From contig NC_042998.1 of NCBI RefSeq assembly GCF_006345805.1, positions 92,938,001-93,002,000 on the forward strand: a stretch of DNA of 64,000 nucleotides. The letters are read 5' to 3'. Positions 10,835-24,409 of the stretch are shown here, piece by piece. The stretch's first letter is position 1, and each line of letters opens with the position of its first letter. Origin of the DNA: Octopus sinensis. Taxonomy: Eukaryota. The translations under genes were made by a program, and so were the position numbers. The notes beneath the pieces were generated by a model. That model had not been told where the DNA came from, did no database searches, and saw only the letters and a program-made list of their open reading frames with translations.

Positions 10835-12849
10835 CACACATATTTGTTTATATATATATATGTATGTATATAAATATGTATGTATATATATGTATATATA
10901 TTTATATATATTTATATATGTGTGTGTATGTATGTATGTGCTTTATAAACACATGCATAAACACTGATATATTTACATAATCACATAACTATGAAGACAT
11001 GCATCGAAGCAACTGTACAGACTTAAATATTTTATTCATAAATAGATAAAAGAATATCTGTACATATAAAATATAGACTGAAAAAAAAAACCCTACTACA
11101 GATATTTAAAAAAAACTTATAATTTCCTTTGACAGATTAAAAAACTAAAAAGAAGCACAGAAACAGCTAAAGCTTCATTTAAAATACAGAACATATACAA
11201 GACACACCCACAAGTTGAAAGCTTTGAACAGTGATAAAAGATTAAAAGTGTATGTAATTCCATGAGGGTGTTAACAAAATTGCAAATGCTATCAACAACA
11301 AAATAGAAATGGAATAATGATTTGTAAGAGAGGAAGGAGAATTTTCAGTTAGAAATACAGTGAGGTGAGCACTGTTTTATTGACTGTAATATTTAGTGAA
11401 GGATCAATGTGCTCTTTTGAGTTTAATTAAACATTGCCAGTTTCATTTTCCTGTGGACATAACTAATATTTCTCTGCTTCACAGATCACAGATTGTTACA
11501 AAAGTAATCTGCTATCATTTTAATTAGGCTCTTTCTATTTCCAAAATTATCGTTTTGGTCTTGTGACAGAAATAGCTCGCTTTTCTTGTTTTTATTGAAT
11601 TATGCTTCTTTAAAAAAAAATTTTCTTCAAAAGTATGATTAACTATTTTAAAAGTTGAACTGGAAAATTATTTTAATAACTCAAAAATAGCAACAAATAA
11701 GTCAAAGAAAATAGCAAAAATCAAAAATATAGAATAAAAAAGAAATTGAAGCATATTTTTACAAACTCAGAATGATTTTAATGAATTTATGTGATACCCT
11801 ATTGGCAAAAACAAATTGATAATTTCATGTTTGTATAAATTATTACTAAAATGATAATTCACAGTTTGAAAATCTGTTGATGATAGTGTACTTGGTTAGA
11901 AAGCGGAGGCATGTTATGAAGTGTGGCAATGTAATAAAATGCCGTGTCACATGGTAACAAAGACTATTTTCAACTGAATCAACAAAATGCATGTTAATGA
12001 TCCTGTTGTATAATGATCATGTTTATCCTATTGTTGATTAGAGAAGTACAGTAACAAAAATTTCACTCAGTAATGGAATCACACAAAGCAAACACTGAAT
12101 GTAATACGCATGCACAGCTTCACACAGAAACATACATAGACCCTCTTAGAAACACACATACATTACTACAAATTCATATGTATACAAACTGACTAATGTA
12201 CACACACAGAGGCACACATTTTCATACATGTCCGTGTATACATAGGCACACGTAAAAGCTAATAAAAATAAATTTAGAGTTTGATTGTAAAAAGAGAATT
12301 AGTTATTCTGAGGTCCTCAATAAGCAAATAGGCCTAATACAATATGCCACGCCAAAGGAGGCAATAATGGAAACATTTCCCTGACAATCAGCAAATAGAA
12401 GCTATTTTAGTTTTTATTACCTTTCCTTTTATTTTTATCTGCCTCCATTACTGGAAGGTGATGCAGTATGCTGGAGCCTAATTATATGGCATTAAGCAGT
12501 TGGGAGACAACAACTCCTCATTTTTCAATAGGATACTATTGGTCTGTTGTTGATTTTGATCATGTGATGATATTAGTTCAGACCTGAAACCTAGAAAGAA
12601 GCACTTATCACCATTACCTCCTCATGGTACCTATATACAACAGAATTGGATGAGAATTTTGTGAAAGTAACACAGAGCAACACTGGTATTGTGATGTGAA
12701 TTGACAATGCTTCAACTCACATGCTAGTGTTCTAAATACTCAACAAGCTGTGACTCATTTCTTTATCCCTCTTTGTTTTAGTCAGAAAGAAGGGGGCTGT
12801 AGCTATGACTCAGATTGCCAGAATCCCATTCAAAAGCTGCTAGTCAAAG

Positions 12850-13150
12850 TATGTTAGAAAAATATAAACAAGGGAGGTAATTACATAGGGTTAAGTGAAG
12901 AATTCAGTAAAATGGTTAATGAGGGGGCTAGAAAAAGAAACACCACCATTTTAGTTGTGTTGCGTGGAGGAGGTATACAACTTAGCAAACTCTGTGGAGA
13001 AGAGGTTGTAGTAGTAGCTTTATAAAAAGCAGAAGGAAGAGAATTCAGTATAATTGTGAGATACAGGCTGAAGTGTATTGGTGGGAGCATATTTGCCAGT
13101 CAGCTGATGGCTTTCTTCTGGATACAATTCAGAATGTTTCAGTATTCAAG
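12850..13150 (-). pseudogene. Degraded LINE RT C-terminal remnant (CR1/Jockey-like)
   Basis: Frame fragments LNCIQKKAI... and ...LLSCIPPP; a similar remnant on + at 13530-13740 (LLTLYKVEVKPTVGYSSHFW). Confidence 0.45.
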
Positions 13151-13204
13151 GTGCAGGCATGGCTGTGTGGTTAAGAAGCAATAATAATAATAATAATGAT
13201 AATA

Positions 13205-13390
13205 ACATCGAAAAATACCTTAGGAATGAGAACCTAGGTTTGAAAGTTCTCCAAGACACCTGATGAAGGCTGGAAGGTATATCAGTTGAAACGTGTTAAC
13301 AACAAACAAGATGACAACAAACAAATATCCGTCAAATGTAAATAATGTAAATAATGTACATAATTCCTTATCTCTTAAATATAGAACTGT
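13205..13390 (+). mobile_element. PLE-type terminal repeat fragment with degenerate hammerhead at 13256-13297
   Basis: Follows (TAA)n; ACAC-CUGAUGA-A-GGCUG-gaagguauau-CAGUU-GAAAC-GUGU. The GUH cleavage triplet and the stem I 3' strand cannot both form, suggesting a small deletion. Confidence 0.6.
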
Positions 13391-13529
13391 TGAGAGTTTT
13401 GACTGCATGTTGTTCAAGATTAACTAGGGTAAGATAAAAGATTGTGTCATTGATATAAGCAGGGGTTGCATCTTTGGACTATTGGAAAAGAGAGAGTTAT
13501 TATGTTTTTGTTATAAAATATGTTTGAGG

Positions 13530-13740
13530 ACTTTGTTCATGGAGACAATGCAGATTAGACAGGAAATATTCCAATCCCTTCAACAATTACTGACACTCTA
13601 CAAAGTTGAAGTGAAACCCACAGTAGGGTACAGCTCTCACTTCTGGGTCAATGCTGTTGTTACAGAGACATCCAAGATCCCATCTGAATACAGTTCACTC
13701 AATGTTGGCATAAAATCACTTACAAATGTTTCCTCTAGAC
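13530..13740 (+). pseudogene. Degraded LINE RT C-terminal remnant (CR1/Jockey-like)
   Basis: QQLLTLYKVEVKPTVGYSSHFW resembles the LLTLYK..VRP.LEY.S..W motif. Confidence 0.5.
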
Positions 13741-16338
13741 CCAGCTAAGAAAACAACAACAACAAAATTTCTACTAGTATATAATTCTCTTGTGTCTTTG
13801 TCTGTTGCAAGACATGACTGATGAAGGAAGGGGTGATGACAAACTGAACAGTGTCTGTGTGTGTATATATGTATGGTGAATTGGCTACACACATTAGTTG
13901 TGATTATGTGAATGTTTGTGTGTGTGTGTCTGCTTGTGCAAAATATATTTATATAACCACCAATGGAAGTGGGGTGGTGAAAATTCAACAGTAAAAAAAA
14001 ATCAAAGTGCATTTACACACACATATATATAAACAGACTTACTTAAAAAGAAGGGAAGTGGGCTGTGACAAAGTATAGAAAATCGCGTTTGCTACAGACT
14101 GCTATTCATGCATATAAATGTATACATATGCACAAATGTGCACACTCACACAGAGTCGAAATGCTGTTTGATTTTTTTCACTGTTTTGTAGTCTTTTTAT
14201 ATATAAAATAGAACAGTTAGCCATGATTTTTGACGTCATGGGGCCAGCTAGTTGTCATTAATAATGTTTAGAAGAGACTGTAATCTTGAAACTATTTTCT
14301 ACATCCTTTTCGAAAATTAATGGAAACACTAAGTTCACACGTGTGACATAATATCTAGAACACTTTGTTCAAGACAAGCAGCTATTATCATAACAACATA
14401 GCCAAGTCCTGTCAGGTCTGTGATGTTACTGACAAGATCCAGTAAATTCTCTGTCATTTCCACAGCTTAGCATTTCTGAACTACCTCAGCCAATACTTCA
14501 AAATCTTGAATGTCTGAAACAAACATTTTTTCAACCAACATAAGAGTAAATACAAGGACGTCAGAGATTCATGTTTTACAACTACTGTATCTACATCAAG
14601 TGTCCTTGATTATAGATTGATTTCAGACTTTAAAACTTCATGCATTTTATCATCAGTAAATCAATATTTAAGAAGATACAGATACCTGTAATCTGACTCT
14701 GAAGAGAAAGGTCAGTCTTTGTGATAGAGTCTTAGCTAAGTTATGATGTGTGTTTAGTATGAGAGATCTTAAGTGATAGTGAGACTTAGCATTTGGGATT
14801 ATTGTGAAAGCTCTGGTTGTGTGGTGTTCATGTATAAGGTTTAAGGTGAGGTGCAATAATGTTTCCTTCATATGAGCAGTGTCTGTGTTGTTCCTTTTTG
14901 TTTTTTATTTCTTTTTTATGCTGTTGAAGGAGACACAACTGACAACCTTACTGGATAATCTTTCAAAGTCTCTGTTAAGTCAGTGCAGATTTGGCATGAG
15001 GTATCTTGGTTGTTTGGAAATAAAGGTTCTAGTTGGTGCATGTCTTTCAATACACTATTAGATCTAAACCCAGAAATGTATGCAAGTTTATTTTTATAAA
15101 AAGCTTGTAGTTATTTTACTTCTCTTCAGAAGTCTTCCACGACTAAAAAATTTCATTCAGTCCATTAACTTGCTGCTGACATTCTATATATTTTCTCTGA
15201 TTTTATGAGAGAAATCTCCATTTGTTCTTCTACTCATTTTCTTTCCTTTTTTAATTTTTTTTTTCTATTTCCCCATATAATTTCAGACGATTTCGTTGAT
15301 GTTACTGCAGCTATAACATTATTTACTTTTTGGTGGATTCTCTCTTGCTCATTCTCTTTATATTTGCTGCTCTCTGCTAGCTAAAAATTGTCACATGATC
15401 ACTATAGTGCTATAGCTTTGGTATAAGAGATTCTTCCACTATACGTGTTTTCCACTCGCTGATTAGCTCAGATACCAATAGGACATTGAAATATTCCTGA
15501 TAGTGAAAAGGGCAGTTAGGGTGCAGAAACATTAGCCAAAGCTTTTAAATTATCAATAACTTAGCTAGTGGGTCATGGCGTTGATCTACCCAGGGCAGCA
15601 CTTTTATGGGAGTGGCACTTTTGGACCTGTTGTGTAAGCCTGTATAAATTTACACCAAAGAGCTGTACTGGTTGGCATATATTCTAGCTACACCACTGTC
15701 AACCATGCTTGTGTTTTCTTTGTATTTTTTATTGTTCGCAGCCCATACTGTTTCATGCTATTAAAGTATTGCAAATTTAGTTAAGGGCCTGTGGTTTTGT
15801 TTGATGCATTTGTGGTTTAATACTTTTGTAGTTGTTATGCTTTTGTTTATTGTATTTCTTGCTGTAGTTGTTATTGCAATCACAGCTGCTGATGTGGTTG
15901 CATGCCTTTTAATACCTGTAGGTACCACATTTGTAGCTGCTTGCTTTCTACTTTACATAACTCTCCAGAACCCATTGTATACAGATCTTATAAAGGATCA
16001 GCTTGAATTCTGGGTGGTTGTCACTACCAGCTGACACATACAGAGCAAGTATCAACAACAAAAGAGAAGCTATATCAATATTAACAATTTCACATGCATA
16101 CACCCACCCTGGCAAAAAATAAAAGGGGTGGGGGAAAAAGAGAGGAAACACAAAAGAAGTGAAATTTTTGCTGCATTGATAGGGGATTACAAAGCTGTCA
16201 CTTAGTTTCTTCTTTAAAGTGCTATGGCTTGAAAAGTTAATGCACACTCACACAAAACTTCATACATACATACATACACAAACACACACACACACGCATA
16301 CATACATACATACATACATACATACATACATACATACA

Positions 16339-16374
<36 letters not shown>

Positions 16375-16831
16375 TATATGCGGGTATAGAGTGTTTGAAG
16401 TGGTGTACAGATATTGCATATTAAGAAAAAAGAGGCAGTCAGAATTTTGGATAATTCTTTATTAGTGATTTTGTTCGTTTATTGAATTCGTCAGTACAAA
16501 ATCAAAATCAAAATGGTAAAAACAGAACGTTTCATTGTTAATTTATATGAATTGTATGCTTTTTTGCTTTGTTTAGAAGAGAAGAATATTGTTTTTGGTT
16601 GTTGTTTTTTTGGAAAAAAGGGGAAAGGGAGAAAGAAAAGCAAAGGGGAGATAGACAGAGAGAGAGAGAGAAAGAAAGAGAGAGAGAGAGAAAGGTTTCA
16701 GGACAAACAAGAAAAAATGAAAAAATAATAAAGGGTGGGGAAAGGATAGATAGAAAGATAGACAGATTAATAGATAGATAGATAGACAGACAGACATACA
16801 CACAGGCAGACAAACAGATAGATAGATAGAA

Positions 16832-16868
<37 letters not shown>

Positions 16869-17047
16869 AAGGTTTCTTTTCAATTTGATGTGGTCAATTC
16901 ATTGAAATTTCATTCCAAAGTATTTTTCTTTTTTTCTTTGTCCTTTCTTTCTTTTTTCTCCCCATTGAATACCTATTAACATATTTATAAATAAACACAT
17001 TTTTTCACAAGGGCTGGTGACCTCTCAAGATGTCAATTATATATATA

Positions 17048-17079
<32 letters not shown>

Positions 17080-17394
17080 CATATATTCACAAACACATGT
17101 ATACGCATATATAAACTTATATATATATCTATATACACACACACACCATACACACATTATGACAAAAGTGCAGTGTCGTTTTAATTAATAGTAATATATC
17201 CCTGGCACTAACTCTATTTGCATGTGTATAAGACTGCATCCATATTTTAATAAGTATATTTTGTGGAAAAGAATAAATTTTGTATGTTTCATCATATACT
17301 TATTGAAAATGTGACAATATGCTGGAATAAAGTATTAAAGTATAGATTTATCATCACAAGCTACATAATACCATATTTCAACTTCATCTTCTTT

Positions 17395-18140
17395 CAGATC
17401 ATCTGTATGATTCTGGCCAAGAGAATAGCCATACAGGATGGCAATTCTCTTGACCAGAATTGTACAGATGATCTCCTCCTCCCCTCCTCCCTTCTCAAAT
17501 CTCCATACTTATCAACCTTTTCTCTTTCTTTCATGATAATATATCGATCTCCTAGGACTGACAAGTCAGTTATTAGGCACTCTTGTTTGTCCCTCCTAGC
17601 AGTTACTATATCCGGACTTTGGTGCTCTAATATCTTGTCTGTCCGGAAGTCAAAGTGCCAGAGGATTTTTACCTTCCCTTTTTTGTCCATTATCTTTTCT
17701 GGTGTATATTGGTACCTAATACCTCTAACCTCATATCCGTACATACGGCATAGTAGCCAGTGGAGGTTTTGTTTTCTGTTTACCAACTATTTTGCCATGT
17801 TTCTTCTTTCACTGTTGATGCACTCCCATATGCTAATCAGCCCATGTCCACCTTTAGCTCTCTTCATGTAGAGCTTGTGTAACTTCGCCTTAGAGTAGAG
17901 AGCACCATACATTGTCATTGTTTTTTGGGTAGTGCGGTCAAGTTGGTTAATCTCCATTTGTGTCCATTTCAGGATGGGTGCACTATAGCAGACCATAGCA
18001 ACTGCCGATATGTTGATGGCAATCACAAGGTTCCTTGAGTTGAGTTTTGATTTCAAGAGAAGTTTAAGGCATTTGAAATATGCAGTGGTGACCTTGTCAT
18101 TCATTTCTTTATGCAAGATATTGTCTAGCACTATCAATGT
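17395..18140 (-). pseudogene. R4/Dong-like non-LTR retrotransposon fragment (RT end plus restriction-like endonuclease)
   Basis: LLLKSKLNSRNLVIAINISAVAMVCYSA...KLYMKRAKGGHGLISI and KVKILWHFDFRTDKILEHQSPDIV...ITDLSVLGD; internally deleted and frameshifted. Confidence 0.8.
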
Positions 18141-18394
18141 ATTATTATATAGTTGTTATTGTTATTAAGGCATTGAGCAGGCAGAATCGTTATTGCACTG
18201 GACAAAATACTTAGTGGATTTTTTCCAAATAGTCATTCTGAATTCAAATGTTGTCGAGATCAACTTCACCTTTTATCGTTTCAGGGTCAATAAAATATTT
18301 ACTAGTTGAGTACTGGGGTCAATCTTATCAGCTTACCCATCCCCTCAAAATTTCAGGCCTTGTGCCTATAATAAAAGGATTATGATTATGATTA

Positions 18395-18830
18395 TTCATC
18401 ATCATCATCGTTTAATGTCTGCTTTCCATGCTAGCATGAGTTGGACGATTTGACTGAGGACTGGGGAACCAGATGGCTGCACCAGGCTCAAATCTGATCT
18501 GGAAGAGTTTCTACAGCTGGATGCCCTTCCTAACGCCAACCACTCCGAGAGTGTAGTGGGTGCTTTTATGTGCCACTGTCACGAGGGCCAGTCAGGCAGT
18601 ACTCTCAAATGGTGTTTTTACATGCCACCTGCACAAGAGCCAGTCAAGTGGCACTGACAACAACCTTGCTTGAATACCTTTTCATGTGCCACCGGCACGG
18701 AAACCAGTCAGCTGCTCTGGCAGCAATCATGCTTGGATTGGTGTTCTTCGCACTCCACTAGCACAGATGCCAGTCATCAAATTTGATTTCGATTTTAATT
18801 TTGATTTCACTTGCCTCAACAAGTCTTCGC
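18395..18830 (-). mobile_element. SINE-like RTE tail module copy
   Basis: High similarity to 1283-1690 and 43215-43490. Confidence 0.8.
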
Positions 18831-19039
18831 AAATTATTATTATTATTATTATCTATTGAATGATATTTCGACATCTTGTGTGTCATTGTTCACTAGATGA
18901 CAATGGCACTCTTCTTTTAATTTTGACTCTATATCTTCTGCAGGATTTACCTCAATCCTTTATATATCATCTTCATCATCATCATCATCATCATCATATT
19001 CTCTCTTAACACAGCTTGAAGATCTTCACCACACACATA

Positions 19040-19625
19040 TTAGATGCCTTCTGTCATGTCATATGACCTGAGACAGAAAACCTTTTGCAGGTTGTTGGCA
19101 GATCCAAAAAGTGTAAATTTCTATAAAGATAAAACTATTATGTTAAGTGTTATATATAGCTCATTGATGTATGTTGTTAACTTGTTAGGAATGGAGCCAA
19201 GGGCACTAATTACTATTGGCAGGACTTTAGGTTGTGCATTCTGCATTCTTGAAATTTCTAACCTTAGTTCCAGATAATTATCAATTTTCTTGTGTGCCTT
19301 TGCTTGCTCTATTTCTGGTCACCTGGAATGGCTACATCTTATAATGTAATATTTCTCTATTACTTTTTCTCCCATAGTAATATCCAATCGGTGGTGTTTT
19401 TTCACTGTATCTTTTGGGGTATTAAAATCTGACAAAATTCTTACTGATTCAATTTCTAACATTCTGTCAGGTATATCTCAAAACTATATTACTTATCAAT
19501 TGCCAGTGCAGATGTAAGCATCCTTTATCATGATATCTTTTGTGGTTTTTATGTTCAAGCATTTTATACATTCCTGCAACAAGGGTTATAGCTTCCACTT
19601 TCTCACTACATAACTTAGATCCGGC
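19040..19625 (-). pseudogene. Second R4/Dong-like RLE fragment, heavily decayed
   Basis: Frame pieces ...KRYHDKGCLHLHWQL, ...DVAIPGD, ...DNYLELRLEISRM...KVLPIVISALGSIPNKL. Confidence 0.65.
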
Positions 19626-19681
19626 TACTTAACTTATTATGTATGTATGTATGTATGTATGTATGTATGTATGTATGTATG

Positions 19682-19980
19682 TCATTATTCAGTTTATTTC
19701 AAGATTTCTTGCCAATAGAGAAAGAACTGGTTTCTAACCCAGATCCAAGGTTCCTTTATTGGAATTTCAACATGAACAACAAGGTATGTATGTATGTATG
19801 TATGTATGTATGTATGTATGTATGTATGTATGCATGTATGCATGTATGCACGTGCAGAATTTTATGTTTTATGTACGTATTCTCATGCATATAGTTACAT
19901 GCTTACATATATTTAAATGATGAGCTTCTGGAAAGTTTTACAGATTTTTACAGTTCCAGTGATAGACTGGATCTGTAGAA
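19682..19980 (-). mobile_element. 3' end of the (TACA)n-flanked RLE LINE family
   Basis: Homologous to 37810-38102 (LQIQSITGTVKICKTF plus 3' UTR); (TACA)n at both junctions. Confidence 0.85.
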
Positions 19981-21658
19981 TGTATGTATGTATGTATGTA
20001 TGTATGTATGTATGTATGTATGTATGTATGTATGTGTGGGTGTGTGTTCGTGTGTGAGTGCGAGCGTGCGTCTGTGCACGCGCATGTGTAGTGGGAATAT
20101 TTATATCTAATTAACACATAAATATAAACAATTTCAACCGACTTTACAACTCGGTTTCATACATAAGAGTTTGTATAGGGGTACGGGTGGGTGAGCAGTC
20201 CTGGCACTCCTCAGAAAGGCTGGTAGGCAGAGTACAACTCTTCTGACATGGGGTGTGTCCTATTTCATTGACTGGTGCTGTATTTTATCGATCTTGAAGA
20301 GATGAAAGCAAAGTTGCCCTTGGTGTAATTTGAACTCAAGAACGTAAAGAGTAACTATCAAAAGGTATGACTAAATATCAAAAGGTATTTTATTTGATGC
20401 TCTGACGATTCTGCGAATTTCCTCGCCCCCTCATTATCATGGATGTAGTAATTTCGGTTGTCAAAGCAAGAAATATGACCCAAGGAGATTAGAAACGATA
20501 ATATCATTGAATATCATTAAGCTAAAGAAGAAAGTTCATTGGGATGTAGGGAGCTATGTCATCAAATAAATGAGAATCTATGGCCGTCGCCCAGAAACAT
20601 TATCGGAGGAGAATGTTGATAATAAAATCTACTAGAACGTTTTTCTGCAAACAAACTATATCGCCAAAGCATGATGTCCAAGATTTAATAATTGACAATG
20701 AAAAAGAACACTGTAAGCTGTTAGATTTTGCTGATCCCTATGACAACAGGTGTTTATTGAACAGAAAAAGATCGATAATTACCAGGACCTAGCTACAGAT
20801 ATAGTTAGAATATTCATAATGCCGTATGAAACAGAAATAAATGTACTAGCAAGTAGTTGTTGTGTTGTTGTTTAGCCCCAGGCTTATAACCAGAACCAAT
20901 GTACACTTATAACCAGAGCCGTTCTAGTTGTGATCACGCTAACTCTATAATTATATTACCCAGCGTATCACCTCCTACTTTTTAACATTGTAGAGTGTAA
21001 TTTGAGAGAAAATTTGCCACGATTTCTAACAGGTTTATCGGCCAGTCAAAGGTTACCTTGTTGTGATTAGCTGAGATGATAGGAGTTCGATCTGCAGCGC
21101 AAAATTTTTGTGGTCCCCATTTTACTACAAGCACTTGAAATATAGCGAACGAGAGAGCAACCTCATCAAACTATGCAAACCTCAATTGGGTATGTGGGGT
21201 AATACTGTGTTTGTACAGTTTAAAAGGAAAATGTCTCTTTTATCAGCAGTTCCGTATTCGAATCCTTCCTTTCGCCAGGTGAAGATAAATTATAGTGAAA
21301 AACACATGCAAAGGCCCACTATTAAATGAAGACGAAACTTTTGATAGTCTTCTTACTACATAATAGAATTAAATTACATTACTCAAACTTAATAGGTATT
21401 ACATGCTAAAAATATCAATAAAATCTCTCGCAATTAAAATGTCTAATCATCCAAACCTGATAAACTAGTTGACCTAAGGCCGCGAAAAAAAGAATTGTGA
21501 ATCCGTTAGCTTGATAACACACAGTAACAACAATAAAATACAAGAAAATCAGCAACAACAACAATAACAACAATAGCTAAACTGACAGGCATTTCGCAAC
21601 TTTCCCAGTTATCGAAGAAGACAAGGAGTTGAGAATCTATCTATTTATCTATCAATCA

Positions 21659-21763
<105 letters not shown>

Positions 21764-21989
21764 CACACACACACATATGGAAATAGGGAAGAAATGGGAG
21801 AACTCTTTCGAAGGCGCCCACCCGAAAGACTTGTGATGAGGCAATGGGCGTTTGGTTCGTCCACGATCTCCGGATGACGAGTAGAGTGAAAATTCTCACA
21901 GAAATGAGCCGAAGAGAGATCGCCCCTTAGTAGTTGGACAGTATTGACGAATCCTCTTTGTAAAATATTACTATTTGACAGTCATATAT

Positions 21990-22330
21990 TGCTCCAAGTC
22001 ATATCTAGGCAGATTGGAGGGTTTGTCTTCCGTTGTTTGTGAGCTCCGTTGGTAACAAAGACTCTTTACTTCCAACACTTTCTGCACAGGGGGTTGGGAT
22101 GCCGTGACTTATGATCCACAGGCATGAACTGAAGCCACATCTGAAGAGATTATGAGACGGTGAGTACATACGACCGCTTTTGTCAAGCTTGCCTTTTCTA
22201 CCGTTCATACCTTGATGGAGCTGCAATTACGAGTGGAGAATAAATCAAGGTTGGATGTCTCACATCCATGATGTTGTCAGCGCTCTGAGTTCTCTCTCTA
22301 CTTGTAATACACCGTGACGCATTGTAACGG
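21990..22330 (-). pseudogene. Possible highly degraded Penelope-like RT remnant
   Basis: Only weak motifs: RMYSPSHNL and LEVKSL.TN (compare S.DV.SLFTN). Confidence 0.25.
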
Positions 22331-22729
22331 GAGGAACGCCAACACTTACATTGTATTGAACATTAGCAACGGGACAATGTTCTGTAGATGTCGATGGATG
22401 TTGATCAAGCAGTGTCTTGGCAAAGCTGGATTAACTATTAAGCAAAATAAGTGCGTGCTTAGGGTATCAAGGGAAGTTGGGCATCACAGAAATGGTAATT
22501 GGTTTACAGTACATAAGAAATCACTTTAAACTGGCTAAAATAATATTGATCGGAAATATAATTTTAAAGTGTTCATGGTGTCATGGTTAAGATCTGATCA
22601 AAAACTTTGCAATTAGAGAAAGTAGGAGAAAACTTTTCAAATATAAAAAAATAAACATTATTTTTCATCTAACAGTTAGTTTTGTTTCATTTAAATAAAT
22701 AAAAATTTATTTTATGATTTATACTTTGG

Positions 22730-22774
<45 letters not shown>

Positions 22775-22825
22775 TTCCCTGTTGCCCGCTCTGGGATCTT
22801 TCTTTCCTCTCTCTTCCATCTTTAT

Positions 22826-22860
22826 GTTTCCGACGAAGAGCTCCGCTCGAAACGTCATAC
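22826..22860 (+). ncRNA. Minimal type I hammerhead motif (U4C variant) in a PLE-like fragment between (TA)n tracts
   Basis: GUUU-CCGACGA-A-GAGC-ucc-GCUC-GAAAC-GUC-AUAC; stem III ACGU; stem I 3 of 4 pairs. Confidence 0.6.
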
Positions 22861-24409
22861 CTCCCTGCTTCCATTTCCTGAGCGCCTATTAATAATAATA
22901 CTGTAATTGTTCCATTGTTGTTGTTTTTTTGTTTCCCGTTTGGAGTAAAATTATATATATATATATTATATGTAGAAAAATACAAACTGGGACAAGAACG
23001 TAAAAACATTTAGAAGACGATACAAAAAACACGGACGGGACATTCGAAGCCTTCAATCTTCAGTCAAGAACCGGATCAATGAGCACCAAAATCCTTAAAG
23101 CATTTAGTGCCGCTATAGGTCTTAATTCGGCCCTACTGTTAGGGCAGCGGATTTTAAATTGGTAAATACCGAGTATCTTACAAAATATAAGTGAAATTTT
23201 TTGGTAATCGCGTCTTAATGGGAAAATAAAGCAGATTTTGCATCCATATAATTCTTTTTTCTTTACATTGAGGTTTGACAGGTTTAAAAACTGGAAACTG
23301 TTTTAAATTTATTAAACACGAGAATTTGTCTGTCCTTTTTCAATCTTCTCAGCCAATGAGAAACATTGTTTTAGGAAATACTTCTGTCCGAGAATTATAA
23401 ACAACTTCTATAAGACCCTATAGTATTGCTGCCACGGGATAAAATCTACAAGCACTCCAATGCCGCTAGTCGGGCCTATCTGAAATGCATGGGATAGTGA
23501 TGAAACTGTATTGCGAGCAATCGCTCAATGCCTAAACATAGCTCATTTGTGGAGTTACAACGATCGACGGTTGCCAATTGTCGAAAATTCAAAGTTTATT
23601 GAACATTTTTAAATTAATATATTAATGTAGTTTTCCAAGCTGAATCTCTGTAGATATTTCACTTTTTCTAAAAAAAAAAAATGAAAACAAATTTAGTTAC
23701 AGATGTTTAAAGTTTGATCATTTTCACCCAGCCAGAAAACAGGATTTGGAAGTTGTCGTTTTGTGTGTGACTTGTTTTGATATAAAACTGTATAATAAAT
23801 CAACTTCTGCTTTATACATAACTTTTTTTTTATTTCTTCGGAATTTTCAGAAACATTTTGCGAATTTGTATTCTACATTCGGGAATTCATGCGTGATTTA
23901 AGGCCTATTTTGGCTTTTGGCTGTTATTTTTGGCATATCCCTCAACTAGAGTACAGGCAGCAGATAGGTACAAACAACAGAATACAACATCAACGCACAT
24001 ACTTTCGCGTAGAATATATTTGTCAACATGTGCTATTTTGCAAACAGGCATGAATGTATCTATGATTTACGATTGGCTAAAATTACCCAAAATTTTCAAA
24101 TTTTAAAAGCTAATAAACTCTTTATCTATTGATTTATAGCGAAAATGAATTTCAAAGCATTGATTAGCATATAAAACTATAATATACCGAATATGAAATC
24201 AATTCGAGAAGGAATTGAAGAGATTGAAAATTTGTAGCCAAACAGAGAAGCTCCCGCTCGGCAATTGACACGTATGGAGCGGTTGTGTAGCTAGAGCGTG
24301 TGTCGCCCGGACAGCCCTGGAATTTGCTGACCTCCTCTCTTATATGGCAGATCCAAAAGCGAAGCCTTCATTAAAGCGTTGCCTGAGGCGAACCGCCTCC
24401 ACACCACCC

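Noticed and set aside
16478-16530. GAAAC-GUU...CUGACGA on the minus strand (type II hammerhead order)
   Set aside because: Stem I cannot form and stem II is only 3 AU pairs; chance match.
17263-17871. 202-aa plus-strand ORF
   Set aside because: Antisense shadow of the R4/Dong-like LINE fragment on the minus strand.
22090-22159. Exon-like segment with good acceptor and GTGAGT donor
   Set aside because: Stops in all three frames and overlap with a probable decayed PLE RT on the other strand; could at most be a UTR exon.
23085-24335. CpG-rich block that looks like an interspersed DNA element
   Set aside because: No TIR, TSD or Helitron termini could be fixed (CTAG at ~24290 is followed by A, not T) and there is no second copy in the window.
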